A stretch of DNA of 63,619 bases, filler included, from Collodictyon triciliatum (Eukaryota): assembly GCA_043381765.1 (NCBI GenBank). It is 6 parts of 6 records of this genome, joined end to end, with 100 filler letters (N's around TTAATTAATTAA, not from the genome) between each part and the next. Parts side by side here need not be neighbours in the genome. Positions count along the whole stretch, not along the records: positions 19,153 to 38,196 come from JBHJMP010001313.1; 5 more parts are not named here. One strand, written 5' to 3'. This document shows positions 19,053 to 31,799 of this stretch, piece after piece (position 1 is the stretch's first letter; every line of letters starts with the position of its first letter). Both the position numbers and the translations under genes were made by a program. Under the pieces are notes generated by a model. The model was not told the DNA's origin, searched no databases, and saw only the letters and a program-made list of their open reading frames with translations.

Positions 19053-19935
19053 NNNNNNNNNNNNNNNNNNNNNNNNNNNNNNNNNNNNNNNNNNNNTTAA
19101 TTAATTAANNNNNNNNNNNNNNNNNNNNNNNNNNNNNNNNNNNNNNNNNNNNAAAACTAGTATTGTAAGTCAATTTTATATAAATTTATATTATTATCCA
19201 CACATATAAAATTTCATTGAAATTCTGAAGCTTTCACCTTTCGAGGCCATGCGGTTCGTGGCGTGGAATGTGGCATCTTATCCATCGCTTATGCCTGAAC
19301 TCCAAGGCACAGCTCTGTGAGAGCAGAATCCCAACACCACCACCAAACACTCCCAAGCCGCTACTAGCGCGGTGGGAGGTTCTGTATGAAAACTGTGAAA
19401 TGTGCGAGTCTACCCAACTACATGCTGTTACAGGCCAACTTTGCTGGGATAGAGCAAAAGGCTTCTGTATCATCAAGTCGAGTGAAGGAAACAGCACCTT
19501 CACCCTACAACAAGTCACTCTCCAAAAGGATGGGAGCTTCGCACCGCTGAAAAATGTAACGATATTTCACTCCTCGAATGCAACCCCAACCACAGCCGTC
19601 CTGAACAACAAAGGAGAATGGCGCTCACGACTTCCCGTCTCATGCGGAGCACTTTCGCCATTTTTCTTTTGTCTAAAGAACCTAAAAATGTCAGATACAC
19701 GATTCCATGTTTTTTGTATGTATGATTATTTCATCTGAGATACTAAAAGAGCAAGAAAAATTAAGAATGACGTAGGTCAAGCAGATTGGCGTATATTACC
19801 TGTTATTCTTATGAATCATTCAATAAACTAGAAGGTCGGTTTGCGGTTAATACTATTTCGATTACATGTCGTACACTTCTATGTCAATTTAACATGCAAA
19901 CAAAAGCTAACAAGAAAAACCCCCCCACGGAACAA

Positions 19936-19977
<42 letters not shown>

Positions 19978-20256
19978 ACAAGAAATAAAGAACGAAAACA
20001 AACACAAACACAAAGAAATACATTAAAGAAAAGATTTCTTCACAAATCACGTATTTATCGATTTTTCCATGCCGAAAATGACCGATATATGATTGGTGAT
20101 GGGTGAGTTTTGTAGAAAATTCTCAAAAAAGAAAGTAGTAAAGAAAGAAGCAAAGGAACATACGAAGGCAGGTTTGCAATGAAAGTGGATGCAAATGAAG
20201 TCAAGTCGATGTCGAAAGTCGCAAAAGATAGGTCAAAAGTAGACGGGTCAAAGGAA

Positions 20257-23200
20257 TCATGAATCAATTTCCAAGGCATCAAAGTTGCATTTATCCTCCA
20301 TCTCTTCAATTTTTTGCCGCCTACCAATTTTGATAATACTTTGCTTTATGTATTGTGAAAAATAATTATTTGTGACTATTTTGCACATGAAATGTAGGAC
20401 TGATAGTATTTTCCCAAAAAGCATGCGAAGAACAGCAGGGCCTGCTTTTGACAAGAAAAGAACGCCAATCATCGTATTGAGAGAGGCAACCATAATTAAT
20501 AGTATCATTTCAGCTGTATGACTTAAATCGCTGTAGCGAAACAATAAACTTGACATAAGAGTAAAGTAAAGAACGAAAAGAGATTGAATCTGAGATTTTT
20601 TCAATCCTCCATACATAAATGGCTTGAAATATATCGTTGATGCTATCATTAAAAACAATAACCACAGCCCAAAGTAAATCTGTAAGGATGTTGAAAAGAA
20701 TGCACTTATGAGAACTACGATAAGTTTTTGCATCATCATCACAACCTCCCAAAACTGGCACTTTTCTGTATACCCATCTACCAAAAACCTTAACAAGTTA
20801 TATGCTTTCGAAGATGTATCCCTTAAGCTTTTACTTTTTCTGACTATTGTCCCCAAAACCAATAGTGGGCTACCTAAACAGTAGCAAATGAAAAAAGTGA
20901 GGCATACATTTCTCCAAAAAACATATTGAGCATCATCACACATTACAGACATGTCAGCCTTCAAGTAAATTCCGTCTCCAAGAGTTTCGCATTGAAATAT
21001 GGTAGAAATGTTTGATGCTATAGAAGGATGGACAAAGAATAGGATGACCAACATCGAGTAAACAAGTTCCTCTAAAACCCGAGAGAAAGAAACGTCATTG
21101 CTTGAAATCATTCTCTTGTAAAACAACCACATTTTTTTCAGAGAAATAATAATTATTACTATGGCCATTAGTATAAGTGGTGTTAATATGGAGTAAAACA
21201 CTTTGTCATAAATGCTCATGTTAAATCTGCAATCCATTGGATAGCTGTCCACAGATAATGAGAAAGAAAATATTGCAGGAATTTTCAAAATTGAGATAAT
21301 GGTTGAATTCCATCGGACATCAAAATTGGCCAAATATGATAAAACTTGGTAGTGGGTGAGCAACGATTTAAGAACTTGAATATTTTCTGTTTTAGGTTGT
21401 CTTGATTGTTCTATCATAAAAAAGACAAATACCAGAGGAAGCACCACACTCAGGAAAACAAGAAAACCGTTTGCACTACTTGATGCACATTTGATACAAA
21501 AAGAACCTGTCTTTCCATATCCTTCCTCGCAAACACTACACAAAGCCCCGGTATAGCCTGATGCGCATGTATTGTTTCCTCCATGGCACGCATTTTCATT
21601 TAAACACTTGTAAGCCAAATATTTTCCATCTGAAGATGGGGCTTGCCAATAACCTGGGGCAACTATGGGCTGGCTACTCCCATCACAAAAAAACCCCTCA
21701 GGACAGTTTTCACAAAATTTTCTTTTAGAATCTAAATAAAAGGATGGGAGGCATATACAATCTTCTAGTGAAGACGATCCAGTAGTATTTGTATACGAAT
21801 TTTGAGGGCAGTCTTTACAAAGGGTGTTTCCGTAGATTTCCTTGTATGTGCTTGGAGAGCACTGGTAGCACATACCTTGTTTTTCGTACCAACCAGGCTG
21901 GCATTCGCATACATTGCTTATATTAACAAATCCAAGCTTACAGGCACAATCAGTAGGACTAATTGAACCATTATATTTTGTTGTGAGCCTCTCTGGGCAC
22001 GGCAAACATAAGTTTGTACTATTTTCTGATTTATATGAACCAAAACCACAAACATCACAGTGATTACCATCCTCAAACATCCCTGGAGAGCAAGTGCATA
22101 TCCGATTAAATAAAATATAGGTTTCCAAACACACACACTCATCAACATTTTGAGAGCCAGATCTTAATGTGGTTGAGCGTGCGGGACAAGCGTTACATGA
22201 AGCACTAGCAACTGGGCTGTAAGTGCCATTTGGACATGGTATACAAGCTGACTCATTAAAGGAGCCTTTTTTATTGTTATATGTTCCTGCCTTGCACGGT
22301 TCACATGAGGCTTGACCTTCTTTGATATTGTAAGTCCCTTTCGGGCACTCTATGCATGATTGGTTTCCGTGCGAGCCAAAGTTCGGATTATATTTTCCAC
22401 TCGGACAAGCTTGGCATGACCTTGAATCTTTTGGTACGCCTTCTTCTTGATAAAAGCCAGGCGCACACGATATGCACAAAGTACTTCCCTCAAAGCTGTA
22501 ACTACCACGGTCACATTTCCGACATAATGACGGGTCAGATATTCCGGATTGATTACTGTACGTTCCACTGGGGCATGCCATACAGATTGTTCTTTTCTGA
22601 TTTCCATAGGTTCCTGGGGGGCAGTTGGTACAGTTTTTTACATCAGTAGACCCATAAAAAGGATTGTAACTCCCCAAAGGACACAATTCGCATGCTATTT
22701 GCCCAATCCTTGAATTGTACTCCCCAGGGGGGCACATATCACAGGAGGATTTTTCCTTGACTTTCGATTTATACCCTACATCACAAGGTATGCAGCTGCT
22801 CATTGACACAGATGCAGTATTGGAGTTGAAGGTACCTGGAGGGCAATCGTCACAAAAGGTCGACCTAGTTCTGTTTGTAAAAGTACCCGGGTTACAAGGA
22901 GAGACGAATGACTCACCCCTATTACTAACATAATATCCTGCTTTGCTTGCAAGACATTCTGGCTGACCCTCGTTGCCGTTATACGTCCCAGGGTCGCATG
23001 GGATGCAAGAAGAATTCGAGGTCGACCAAAAATCTGGATTGTATGTTCCAGCAGGACACAGTTTGCAAAATTTCTGTCCAAAGGAATCAGAATATGACCC
23101 CGGAATGCAAGCTATACACGAACTATGCACAGAGGATGACTCTTTGCTGGGATTAAATGCTCCAGGAGGGCAGTTTTTACATAATGATTGCCCAGAAAAT

Positions 23201-26200
23201 GGATTGTAGGTTCCAAAATCGCAAGGGATACAGTCGGTGCTTGAGCAGGAGCCCTTTTTTGGATTATGAGTACCAGGTGGGCATTTAGTGCATGCGTACA
23301 GATAATTCACATTGTGATATGTTCCTGAAGGACATGGTTGACATTTTTTGGATAGCACATCATAAAAGAATCCTAGGTGGCATAAGTTGGTCCATATTTT
23401 GACTGTGGTATCATCACTACCTGATATAATAGTTGAGCCATCAGAAATGTATACTACACTGGAAACAGGGCCACTGTGTCCTGTCAACACACGCACTAAA
23501 GAACCGTCTGATATGTTCCAAATTCTGATAGAATAGTCATCACAAGCAGACGCAATTTTTTGACCATCGGCACTTGCAGTGATACTTAAAACATTTAATT
23601 GCGCATCTATCACTTGTTCCAAAGAGCCATTCGATAGACTCCAAATTTGAATTTTTCTGTCCCCGCCTGAAGATATTATTTCTAAAGGATTGGTTGCGGA
23701 GGCGATGATATAGTTCACATTAGCTTTGGTGTCTATCACCCTGACTTGAGTTCCATCGGAAACCCTCCATATTCTAATGGAATAATCCTTACTTCCAGAG
23801 GCGATATGTAGACCATCGGATGTGATAAGAACACAATGAACCTGAGATGTATGTCCCCTCATTATATGAATCGGCATTCCATACTTGAAATTCCAAAGAA
23901 TAACTGTTCCATCATAGCTCGATGATGCAATATTTGACCCGTCTGGAGAAACAGCTACACCTGAAACTATCCCGTTATGGCCATCAAGTTTCCTAACCAA
24001 GGCACCACTCTGCAAATCCCATATGTAAACGAAGCGATCAAAATGGCCAGATACTATGTTTATGTTGTTGGGGGCTGCTGCGATGCTTACAACGTCACCT
24101 GCATATCCTGTAAATGTTTGTACCGATTTACCATCTGAATATCTCCGTACATAAATGATTTTATCCTGACCAATACCTCCTGATACGATTTTTGTGCCAT
24201 CAGGGGTAACAGCAATGCACTGAATTGTGGTTTTATCTCCTGTCAACGTACGAATAGAAATGTCTTCGGGTAGGTTCCATACTTTGATGCTATTGTCTTG
24301 GCTGCTGGTAATAATGTTAAGGTCATCAGGTGTTATAAGTAAACTGTTTATCAATTTAGTGTGCCCACTCAACGAGCGAATGAGTTTGAATTCTGAAGAG
24401 CTCCATACATGAATCGTATTATCACCTCCTGAAATGATTTTTGATCCGTCATATGAAAACGCAAGGCCATTAACCCAATCAGTATGAGCAGAAACTTTCT
24501 GAACCAAAGTACCTTCATTGATATTCCAAATATAGATGTCAAAAGATGTTCCTGAGGCGACTTTTAGGTCATCAGGTGAAATAGCTACACTCACCACTTT
24601 TTTGGTGTGGCCATCCAATGTGCGAATCACCTGTGCACTATTAATATTCCAAATACGGATGACAGAGTCAGAAACAACTGTATCAGATCCGCCCGCAGAT
24701 ACAATTATTGAACTGTTTTGGTTAACAGCTAGAGCAAGGACATGATCAGTATGATTGATTAATGTGTGGATTAAAGTACCATCTGTCATATTCCAAACTT
24801 TGATAGTCGTGTCCATGCTTCCAGAGACAAGTTTTAACCCATCAGGAGTGACTGCAAGTGTGTCTACCCAATCTGAATGCCCAACCAAAACCTTTTCTAG
24901 AACTCCAGTATTAGAATCCCACATCCTTATTGTGTAGTCAAAACTGCCAGAGATGATTTTGGATCCATCTATGCTTACAACAACAGACCTTACGAAATCT
25001 GTGTGCCCAGACAAGGAACGAAGTAAATATCCACTGGAGAGGTCCCATATCTTTATCGTTTTATCAGAGCTTGCAGAAAATATCGTCGGCTCTTGACTAG
25101 ACACAGCCACACTGTTTACTGTACTTGAGTGGCCGTAAAAAGCATCGATTAAGCTCCCATCTAAAAATTGCCATATCTTAACTGAATAGTCACTCCCCCC
25201 TGAAACTATGTTTGAGCCATCTGGGGTCAAAGCAAGAGAATTGATACTACAAAAATAATCATCGATTATAATGCGAAAGAGCTCTCCATCCAATGCTCTC
25301 TGAATGAATATTCTACCTGTAGCATCACCAGATAAAATAAAGGTGCCATCAGGAGTCACTGCCAGACTCAATATGCGACTTCTGTGGCCAATCATGTTGC
25401 GAATGAGAGCCCCTGTATCAACGTCCCAAATTTTGACCATCATATCACCTCCTCCAGATATAAGCATCGAGCTGTTCGAATGGGTTATGACAGCTGTGAC
25501 ATTATTCAAATGACCAACAAGTGTTTTCATTAGTTTTCCATCAGAAATACTCCAAATTTTGATGGTTCCGTCTCCACTTCCTGATGAGAATTTTAAACCG
25601 TCAGGGAAGACAGAAACGCTATAAACAGACTCATTGTGGCCGTATAGTCTATGAATTAGAGTCCCATTTGAAAAATCCCACACTAATAGAGCTGCTTTGT
25701 CGTCCCCTGAAATAATTTTTGAGCCATCTGGGGTGAGAGCTAGTGCTTTAATTCTTCCTAAATGTCCAATAAGAGACCTTGTCACTGCTCCAGTGCTGAG
25801 GTTCCAAATTTTAATGGTTTTGTCATCACCTCCAGAAACAACTCTCGTCCCATCTGGGGTAACTGATACACTATTAATATCCCCCTGATGCCCGGTGTAT
25901 GATCTAATATGAGAACCATCAGAGAGGTTCCAGATTTTGGCTTCAAAGTCTCCAGCAGAAATTATTTTCCACCCTCTTGCGTCCAGAGATATTTCTTCAA
26001 CACCACCACTATACCAATTCCAGGTGCGAATAAGACATCCGTCTTTTAAATCCCACAATCTCATAGACCTATCAAGACTACCAGAGATAAATCTTGACCC
26101 GTCTGGAGAAACAGCAACACTTGTTACGCCGTCAATATGAAGTCCAAAAGTATACAGGGGAGTACCATCATAAATATTCCAAACTTTGACGGTTGTGTCG

Positions 26201-27058
26201 TTGCTCCCAGAAATAATCTTCAGCCCATCAGGGGTGATTGAAACACTACTTATTGAATCCGAGTGACCTGTCAGAGAAAGTAAGAGTTTTCCATCATGTA
26301 AATTCCAAATTTTCAGGGTGCTATCGCAGCCACCAGATATGATTTTAAACCCATCAGGCGAAACCATTAACGACTTGATGCACCCAGTATGTTCTGTCAG
26401 ATTTTTCAATAAATGCCCATCGGACATTCTCCAGATCTTGATGATTTTATCATCACCACCCGAGATAATTTTCAAACCATCAGGCGTGGTTGAAATGGTT
26501 CTAACCGCTGCATCATGACCATTTAACGTACTGATCAATTTTCCATTATAATAGTCCCAAATTCTAATGCTATTCTCTTGACCTCCAGAAATTATTTTTG
26601 ATCCATCGTTCGTGAATAGAATGCATAATACGGCATCGGAGGCGTTTATTGTTTGTAGCAATAGCCCATCTGAAAGATTCCTTACTGATATCACCCCATC
26701 TCCATCTCCAGATACCATCTTTAAACCATCTGGAGCGACGGCAATACAATGAATTTGTTTAAAGTGTCCGTTAAATATTCGAATCAAGCTTCCAGTCGAT
26801 GTATTCCACATTTTTATCACATCGCCATCCGCAGTGAGGATTGACGAACCATCAGATGAGAAAACAATACTTTGAATATCTTTTGGGCCCGTTATAGTGT
26901 TGATGGAGTCGTCAAGGCCCACCGCAATCTTGATTGAGCAAATTAAAAGAAATCCTGCTACAAAATCAGTATTATAAACTGTTTTAATTTTATTTATTTT
27001 TTTAGAAATAGGGCATACCTAATCCTATGGTGAGAAAATTTGTGAGGCTTCTTCCCAT
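20257..27058 (-). CDS. ~2,250-aa predicted cell-surface protein: signal peptide, ~28 WD40 repeats, GCC2/GCC3 (ephrin-receptor-like) Cys-rich repeats, ~9 TM helices
   Basis: ORF 20257-26922 extended by exon 27019-27058 across GT..AG intron 26958-27018, giving MGRSLTNFLTIGLAGFLLICSIKIAVG-LDD; repeats GHxxxVxSVAxTPDGxxIxSGSxDxTIKIW; repeats CxxCPxGTY; C-terminal hydrophobic helices with YTEKCQFWE and FKPF motifs. Confidence 0.9.
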
Positions 27059-29486
27059 TTTTGAACTACAACCGTTTTAAAGAAGTTTTATGTCTGGATT
27101 ATTTTTTTTTGTATACAAGCTATTTAACTTAAATGCCAAATTATTCAGTTCACTTCTTCTAAACTCCAAGATTTTTTTTTTACAAGACTTATATCAAGCT
27201 CTGGCGAGAAGTGTATGTCTCCATATTTCAATTATTTTTTTCTGAATTACATCATTATTTGCAATTAATTTCGTTCACAAAGTGAAAGATCGATTTAAGA
27301 AAAGTCAAAAGGAAACACCCCTTGAAGAAAAAAACCACGATTTGGTTGGATTCTAAGGGTATTCAAATAATATAATAATGAATTATTCTGATACGTCATA
27401 ACTGCTTTACGAGAAGAATGAGATAGAAAAATAATATTTTCGAAAAGAATACAATATATCATGTACATTTAAAAATCAATTTGAACATCTGATCAAGTTA
27501 GTCCCTTTGTATTTTTTAAAGGTTTAACGAATAAAAAAGACGTAAGTTTAAATATAAGAAAATGAGATGAAAAATATCGATTGAAAGAAAATTTAGTGTT
27601 TCAAAGTTGCTTTAAGAAGTTTTGTAAGTAATATTAAGATTTAGTTGGAAGTCGTCCTCGCCTATTTCCGTCTTGAAATTGATCTGCGAGAGTTGATTAT
27701 GAAATGAATGAAACGAATGTAAATAAAAGTGATATAAGAACGTAAATTTTTAGGCAATCTGCCATTCAAAACTAGAACCTTCATATCACATTTGCTCATG
27801 AGACATACCGAGTGTTTTTAACAATTTTATTTTCGAGAAATATTGGCGTATCTTAATACCGATTTTATACAATATTAAAATGAAGTGTTTAAATAATTAT
27901 GGTGAAATGGAGGATTGAATTCATATATTTTATGTGCGTATGCAAAAATGTTTTCCGAATTATAATTTTTTTTTATTTTTTATGAAAAATACTTGAAATT
28001 CATCACATGACAAGGCGAAAACTAATGGAGAATGACTATTCGTGGTCCAATCTTTTACGTATACCTTACATCTTGGTAACTGCAGTAAACAGTAAGTGTA
28101 GTTGTTTTTGTGTTTGTTTATTTATTTTGTTTAAATAAGATTTATATTGATTTTCTTTAAAACCGAAACAATATTATCAATAACTAATGCTATTGTGAGC
28201 TTCAGTAAATAGATTATTAAAAAACATATCAATACTATCCATTGCGTAGTTTGCAACCTGGCCACCAAGTAGCGTCCATGCAAACAATGGCTAGCGAATC
28301 AAACCAAAATATACGTCATCTTGCACAAATCGAATGGAAGAATAAAAGAAAGCTAGCTGTTGAGTAAGGTCATAAAATTATGACTGAATTTCATGCGTTT
28401 GACAATCATCTAAAATGCCTATAATGTACCAAATGTACACACTCGGCAATATCAAATAACTAAAAACTATTTTTGAAAAAATGACTAAATTAGAGTTACC
28501 TCGCATGCAGGATTTTTTTTTTTAAAAAAAAAAGACTCAGTGACTTTTATGGTTTAATGTGAAATTACACAACATATGAGATATCATACTATGACTCATG
28601 ATTTAATTGAAAATGAATAAAAATCACATATTTCACATCATTATTTTTTTCGGAATTGAATATATAAGTTTGAAGATCATGAACCAAAGGTGAAACGGGA
28701 ACCATTCATCTCCGTTGAATTTAGCTGTTCGATTAAGGATAAAAAGAATGGTATTCAATCACAAAGAAAAAAAATACTCTCGAGGGGAAAGACAAATGTC
28801 CATGGTTGTCAGCGAAATGAAACGGCCTATCTTCGGATAAAGTAAAATAAAAAGAGAAGGAAATAATATGTGCACTAGCATTCAAGTAATGCCTGACTAT
28901 CCCTTACTTGTTCTTATTCTCAATATTTCTCTTTTCCTGAGACAAGGATCATAGAACCTTAGGCAGTAAAAAAAGCAGATCTTTTGCAAAAGTGGCCTCG
29001 GTGAAAGCCAAAAGAAAAGTGTTCGCGCAAGATGAAGCAACCCTAACTTTGTACTCAACATCCACCAGGTCAACAGTATTTCCAAAAAAAAAAAAAAAAG
29101 TATGTTTACCCTGTGCCACTGACGACGTATTCTTCATGTTTTGTTTTGTGCTGGGAAGAGCGAGAGCGTGGCTGGGATAAGAGTCAACGCACAGGATTTG
29201 AAGCTGATTAATTGGGCGAGACAAAAGAGAGCTAATAATTCAATGAAAAATTTTATTTGTGGAATGTATGATTTTTCCGAGAAATCTACCTTCTACTTGG
29301 CCAGGAGTTATTACTCGCTACAACATTTTAAAGAATATTAGAAAATGGTTAAAGCTATTAGAGAAATGAAGATATACGGTTCTTATGCTGCAAGATTATG
29401 CCCAAGGATGATGAAGGTATCCGCTTTATTCAAAGGTTGGCGTGGGGTTGTTGCACTTTGCAGTGTTTATGTTCTTTATTGGTCGA

Positions 29487-29509
29487 TTTTTTCCCCTTTA
29501 TTCGATTCA
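29487..29509 (-). mobile_element. Micro-insertion copy 2
   Basis: TTTTTTCCCCTTTATTCGATTCA with degenerate flanking repeat TTGGTCGAT (ending 29487) / TTGGTTGAT (ending 29531). Confidence 0.6.
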
Positions 29510-29678
29510 GAGATGCTCCTTCTTGGTTGATAAAACGAACGGGGTTTGCCGAAATTCAAGTATTGTTGCGATATCTGGGGTGGCAGTGTTCGGTCTGAGC
29601 AACGAAACCTATAGGATAGTGTGCTTCATTTTCGGCTTTTATTTGTTAGGTCATCCATCTTCAGAGCTCGCGGCCGGT

Positions 29679-31392
29679 TTAAAAGATATTTATGTGACAG
29701 TCGCTCCAGTTGGCCACAACCAATCGACCATCCGAGAGGAAAGACCCACCTTCGGCACCGCGGCATGGTACACTTTTAACTAAACTTCCTTCTCTCGAAA
29801 AAATGCTAAATGACCCAGCCCCAAAATCTGTCAACAAAACACCACCGCCAGGTCCGCGTGACATGAAGTTAGCATTGCCACTAAGTTCTTTGATTGTGAC
29901 AGACCTGATAAATACCCCGCTCGTTTGGTGGAAGTACATGTTTGATCCGGACATGGGGACGATAACAACTTCATTGGCATCATTCACGGTGATTCCATAT
30001 GGCCGAATATTTGTTGTGGCTGTAGGTTCCACATCACCAAGTTGGAACTCGAGAACAAACTCACCTGTTGGTGAAAACTTCTTGACTCTGTTATTATCTC
30101 GATCGCTCACGTAAAAGTATCCCTGCTGATCCGAAGTGATATGGCGAGGCTCTCTGAATTCGTTAGACTGTGAACTTTTACCATTAATCTCCTTCATAAG
30201 CACCCACTCAGAGGAGAACAAAAGCACTCGGGACTTTGAGCAATCTACAACACCTATTGTCCCAAATATGTTTACATTTATACCACGGGGCTCCGAAAAC
30301 TTTCCATGAGGCGTTGCCTTACTTTCGTAAATCTCATAAAAACTTAAATCGCTATTCAACACCTGTATGCGAGAGTTTTTCTGGTCAACAATATATATTC
30401 TGTCAGTCATCGGGTGGACAGCTACGCCATCAGGAGCATTGAAGAGAAGTGGTCCATCACTGCCACTTTTTCCGACGGTAAGCACATTCGATCCGATGGT
30501 TGATACGTCACGGTAGATGGGACGGAACCCCACAAAGAAGGCTGGTTTTTTAAGTTCTGAGGCGGGATTTATTAATTACAACGAGAATTCAAGAGGAAAA
30601 GCGAAAAAATAATTGATACCAAGAAATCAAGATGATTCAGAGCGTGTATAGAATATGTATTTCATTTGACACAATGGTGAAAGGAGAATCAAAAAAAACC
30701 TTCAGATAGTTTTGATGTGGCGGATATGCAAAAGGGATTCGGTATATGAATAGTTCCTGGGAACGGTTCCTTGTTTAGGCTGGGACATGCCACGGACATG
30801 TGCTCTCTTGCAATCGATGCGATGGTATTTGGAGATTTTTGCTTGAATGTTTCGTGAAGTAGCTCTTTTTCCATGCGAAGGAGAGTATTCAATGTCGCTT
30901 TGAAACTTGCTTCATCTAGGGCTATGTCTTTTAACTGGCTGCTTCGGTGGCCCTTGGCCTATTTTTCAGGGAGACTATCACCACAGTGGATGAAAACGAA
31001 TGTGATGGTATTTGGATGTATCCGACAGCTTTAGTTATGTGTGGCCACATTAATAGAGACATGTATTGTTATGAATGTATTTATATGCATGTTTGTACAC
31101 ACGGCATCCTTTAGCTGCTCGCGGTGGGCTGCTAGAGAGAGCTTCAGGGCATCGAAATGACTGGCAAAAGACGTGTCCATTGATTCAAAAGCGCCTTCAG
31201 TCTGCGCCAGGTGTTGGCATTTTTTGTGTGGTGATTATGGCAAAATAAAAGAGAGGAAAAAACACAACTAATAAGATAACATTAGAAAAAGAAGAAAGAA
31301 ATACCGAGAAAGGGCCATACCCGAGCCATAAGATCACTGGAGTTTGACAAACGGGCCTCGATCAGAGAAAGAAAAGCTCTCGATTCTTCCAT
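29679..31392 (-). CDS. Coiled-coil plus NHL-repeat beta-propeller protein (TRIM-NHL-like, no RING or B-box seen)
   Basis: Four exons: MEESRAFLSLIEAR..., TEGAFESMD..., AKGHRSSQLK..., last exon with NHL repeats (FNAPDGVAVHP..IYIVDQKNSRIQV, FSEPRGINV, FREPRHITSDQQGYFYVSDRDNNRVKKFSPTGEF). Confidence 0.85.
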
Positions 31393-31547
31393 GCAGTACA
31401 ACTATTCGCTTCGCCTGTGTCTGTGAGAAAACAAAAGTTTGGACGGTGAACAAAGAACACATACGAAGCAGAATAACAGGACGCGTAGTGAGTTCAAAAC
31501 AAAGACAAATCCAAGACGGAGACAGGCACGAGAACAAAAAGTGAATC

Positions 31548-31619
31548 TGAGCCCTACGTGAATCGAACACGCAACCTTATGATCTGGAGTCACACGCTCT
31601 ACCATTGAGCTAAGGGCCC
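31548..31619 (-). tRNA. trnW: tRNA-Trp (anticodon CCA), 72 nt, intronless
   Basis: GGGCCCT TA GCTC AATGGTA GAGC G TGTGA CTCCAGA TCATA AGGTT GCGTG TTCGATT CACGT AGGGCTC A folds as a cloverleaf; T5 pol III terminator just downstream. Confidence 0.96.
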
Positions 31620-31799
31620 ACTCTTGGTATTCTGAAGAAATTTGACATACTTAATATACATAATCAGTTTTAGTTTATTTTTTTTCGTTTTTCTTCGTTT
31701 TTATCTTTTGGCTTTCTCTTTTTCGTTTTCCCTTTATTAATAATTCCTTGACTAGGGTCGCAGCCAAGAACAACGTATACGCAACAGCAAATCGAATTA

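Noticed and set aside
27100-29650. AT-rich 2.5-kb stretch with a few exon-like segments (near 28669, 28979, 29342)
   Set aside because: Could not build a stop-free spliced model or recognise a domain; left unannotated.
31548-31619. tRNA-Trp as a sign of stop-codon reassignment
   Set aside because: Ordinary CCA anticodon with a 5-bp stem; TAA, TAG and TGA all end genes here and conserved exons have no in-frame stops.
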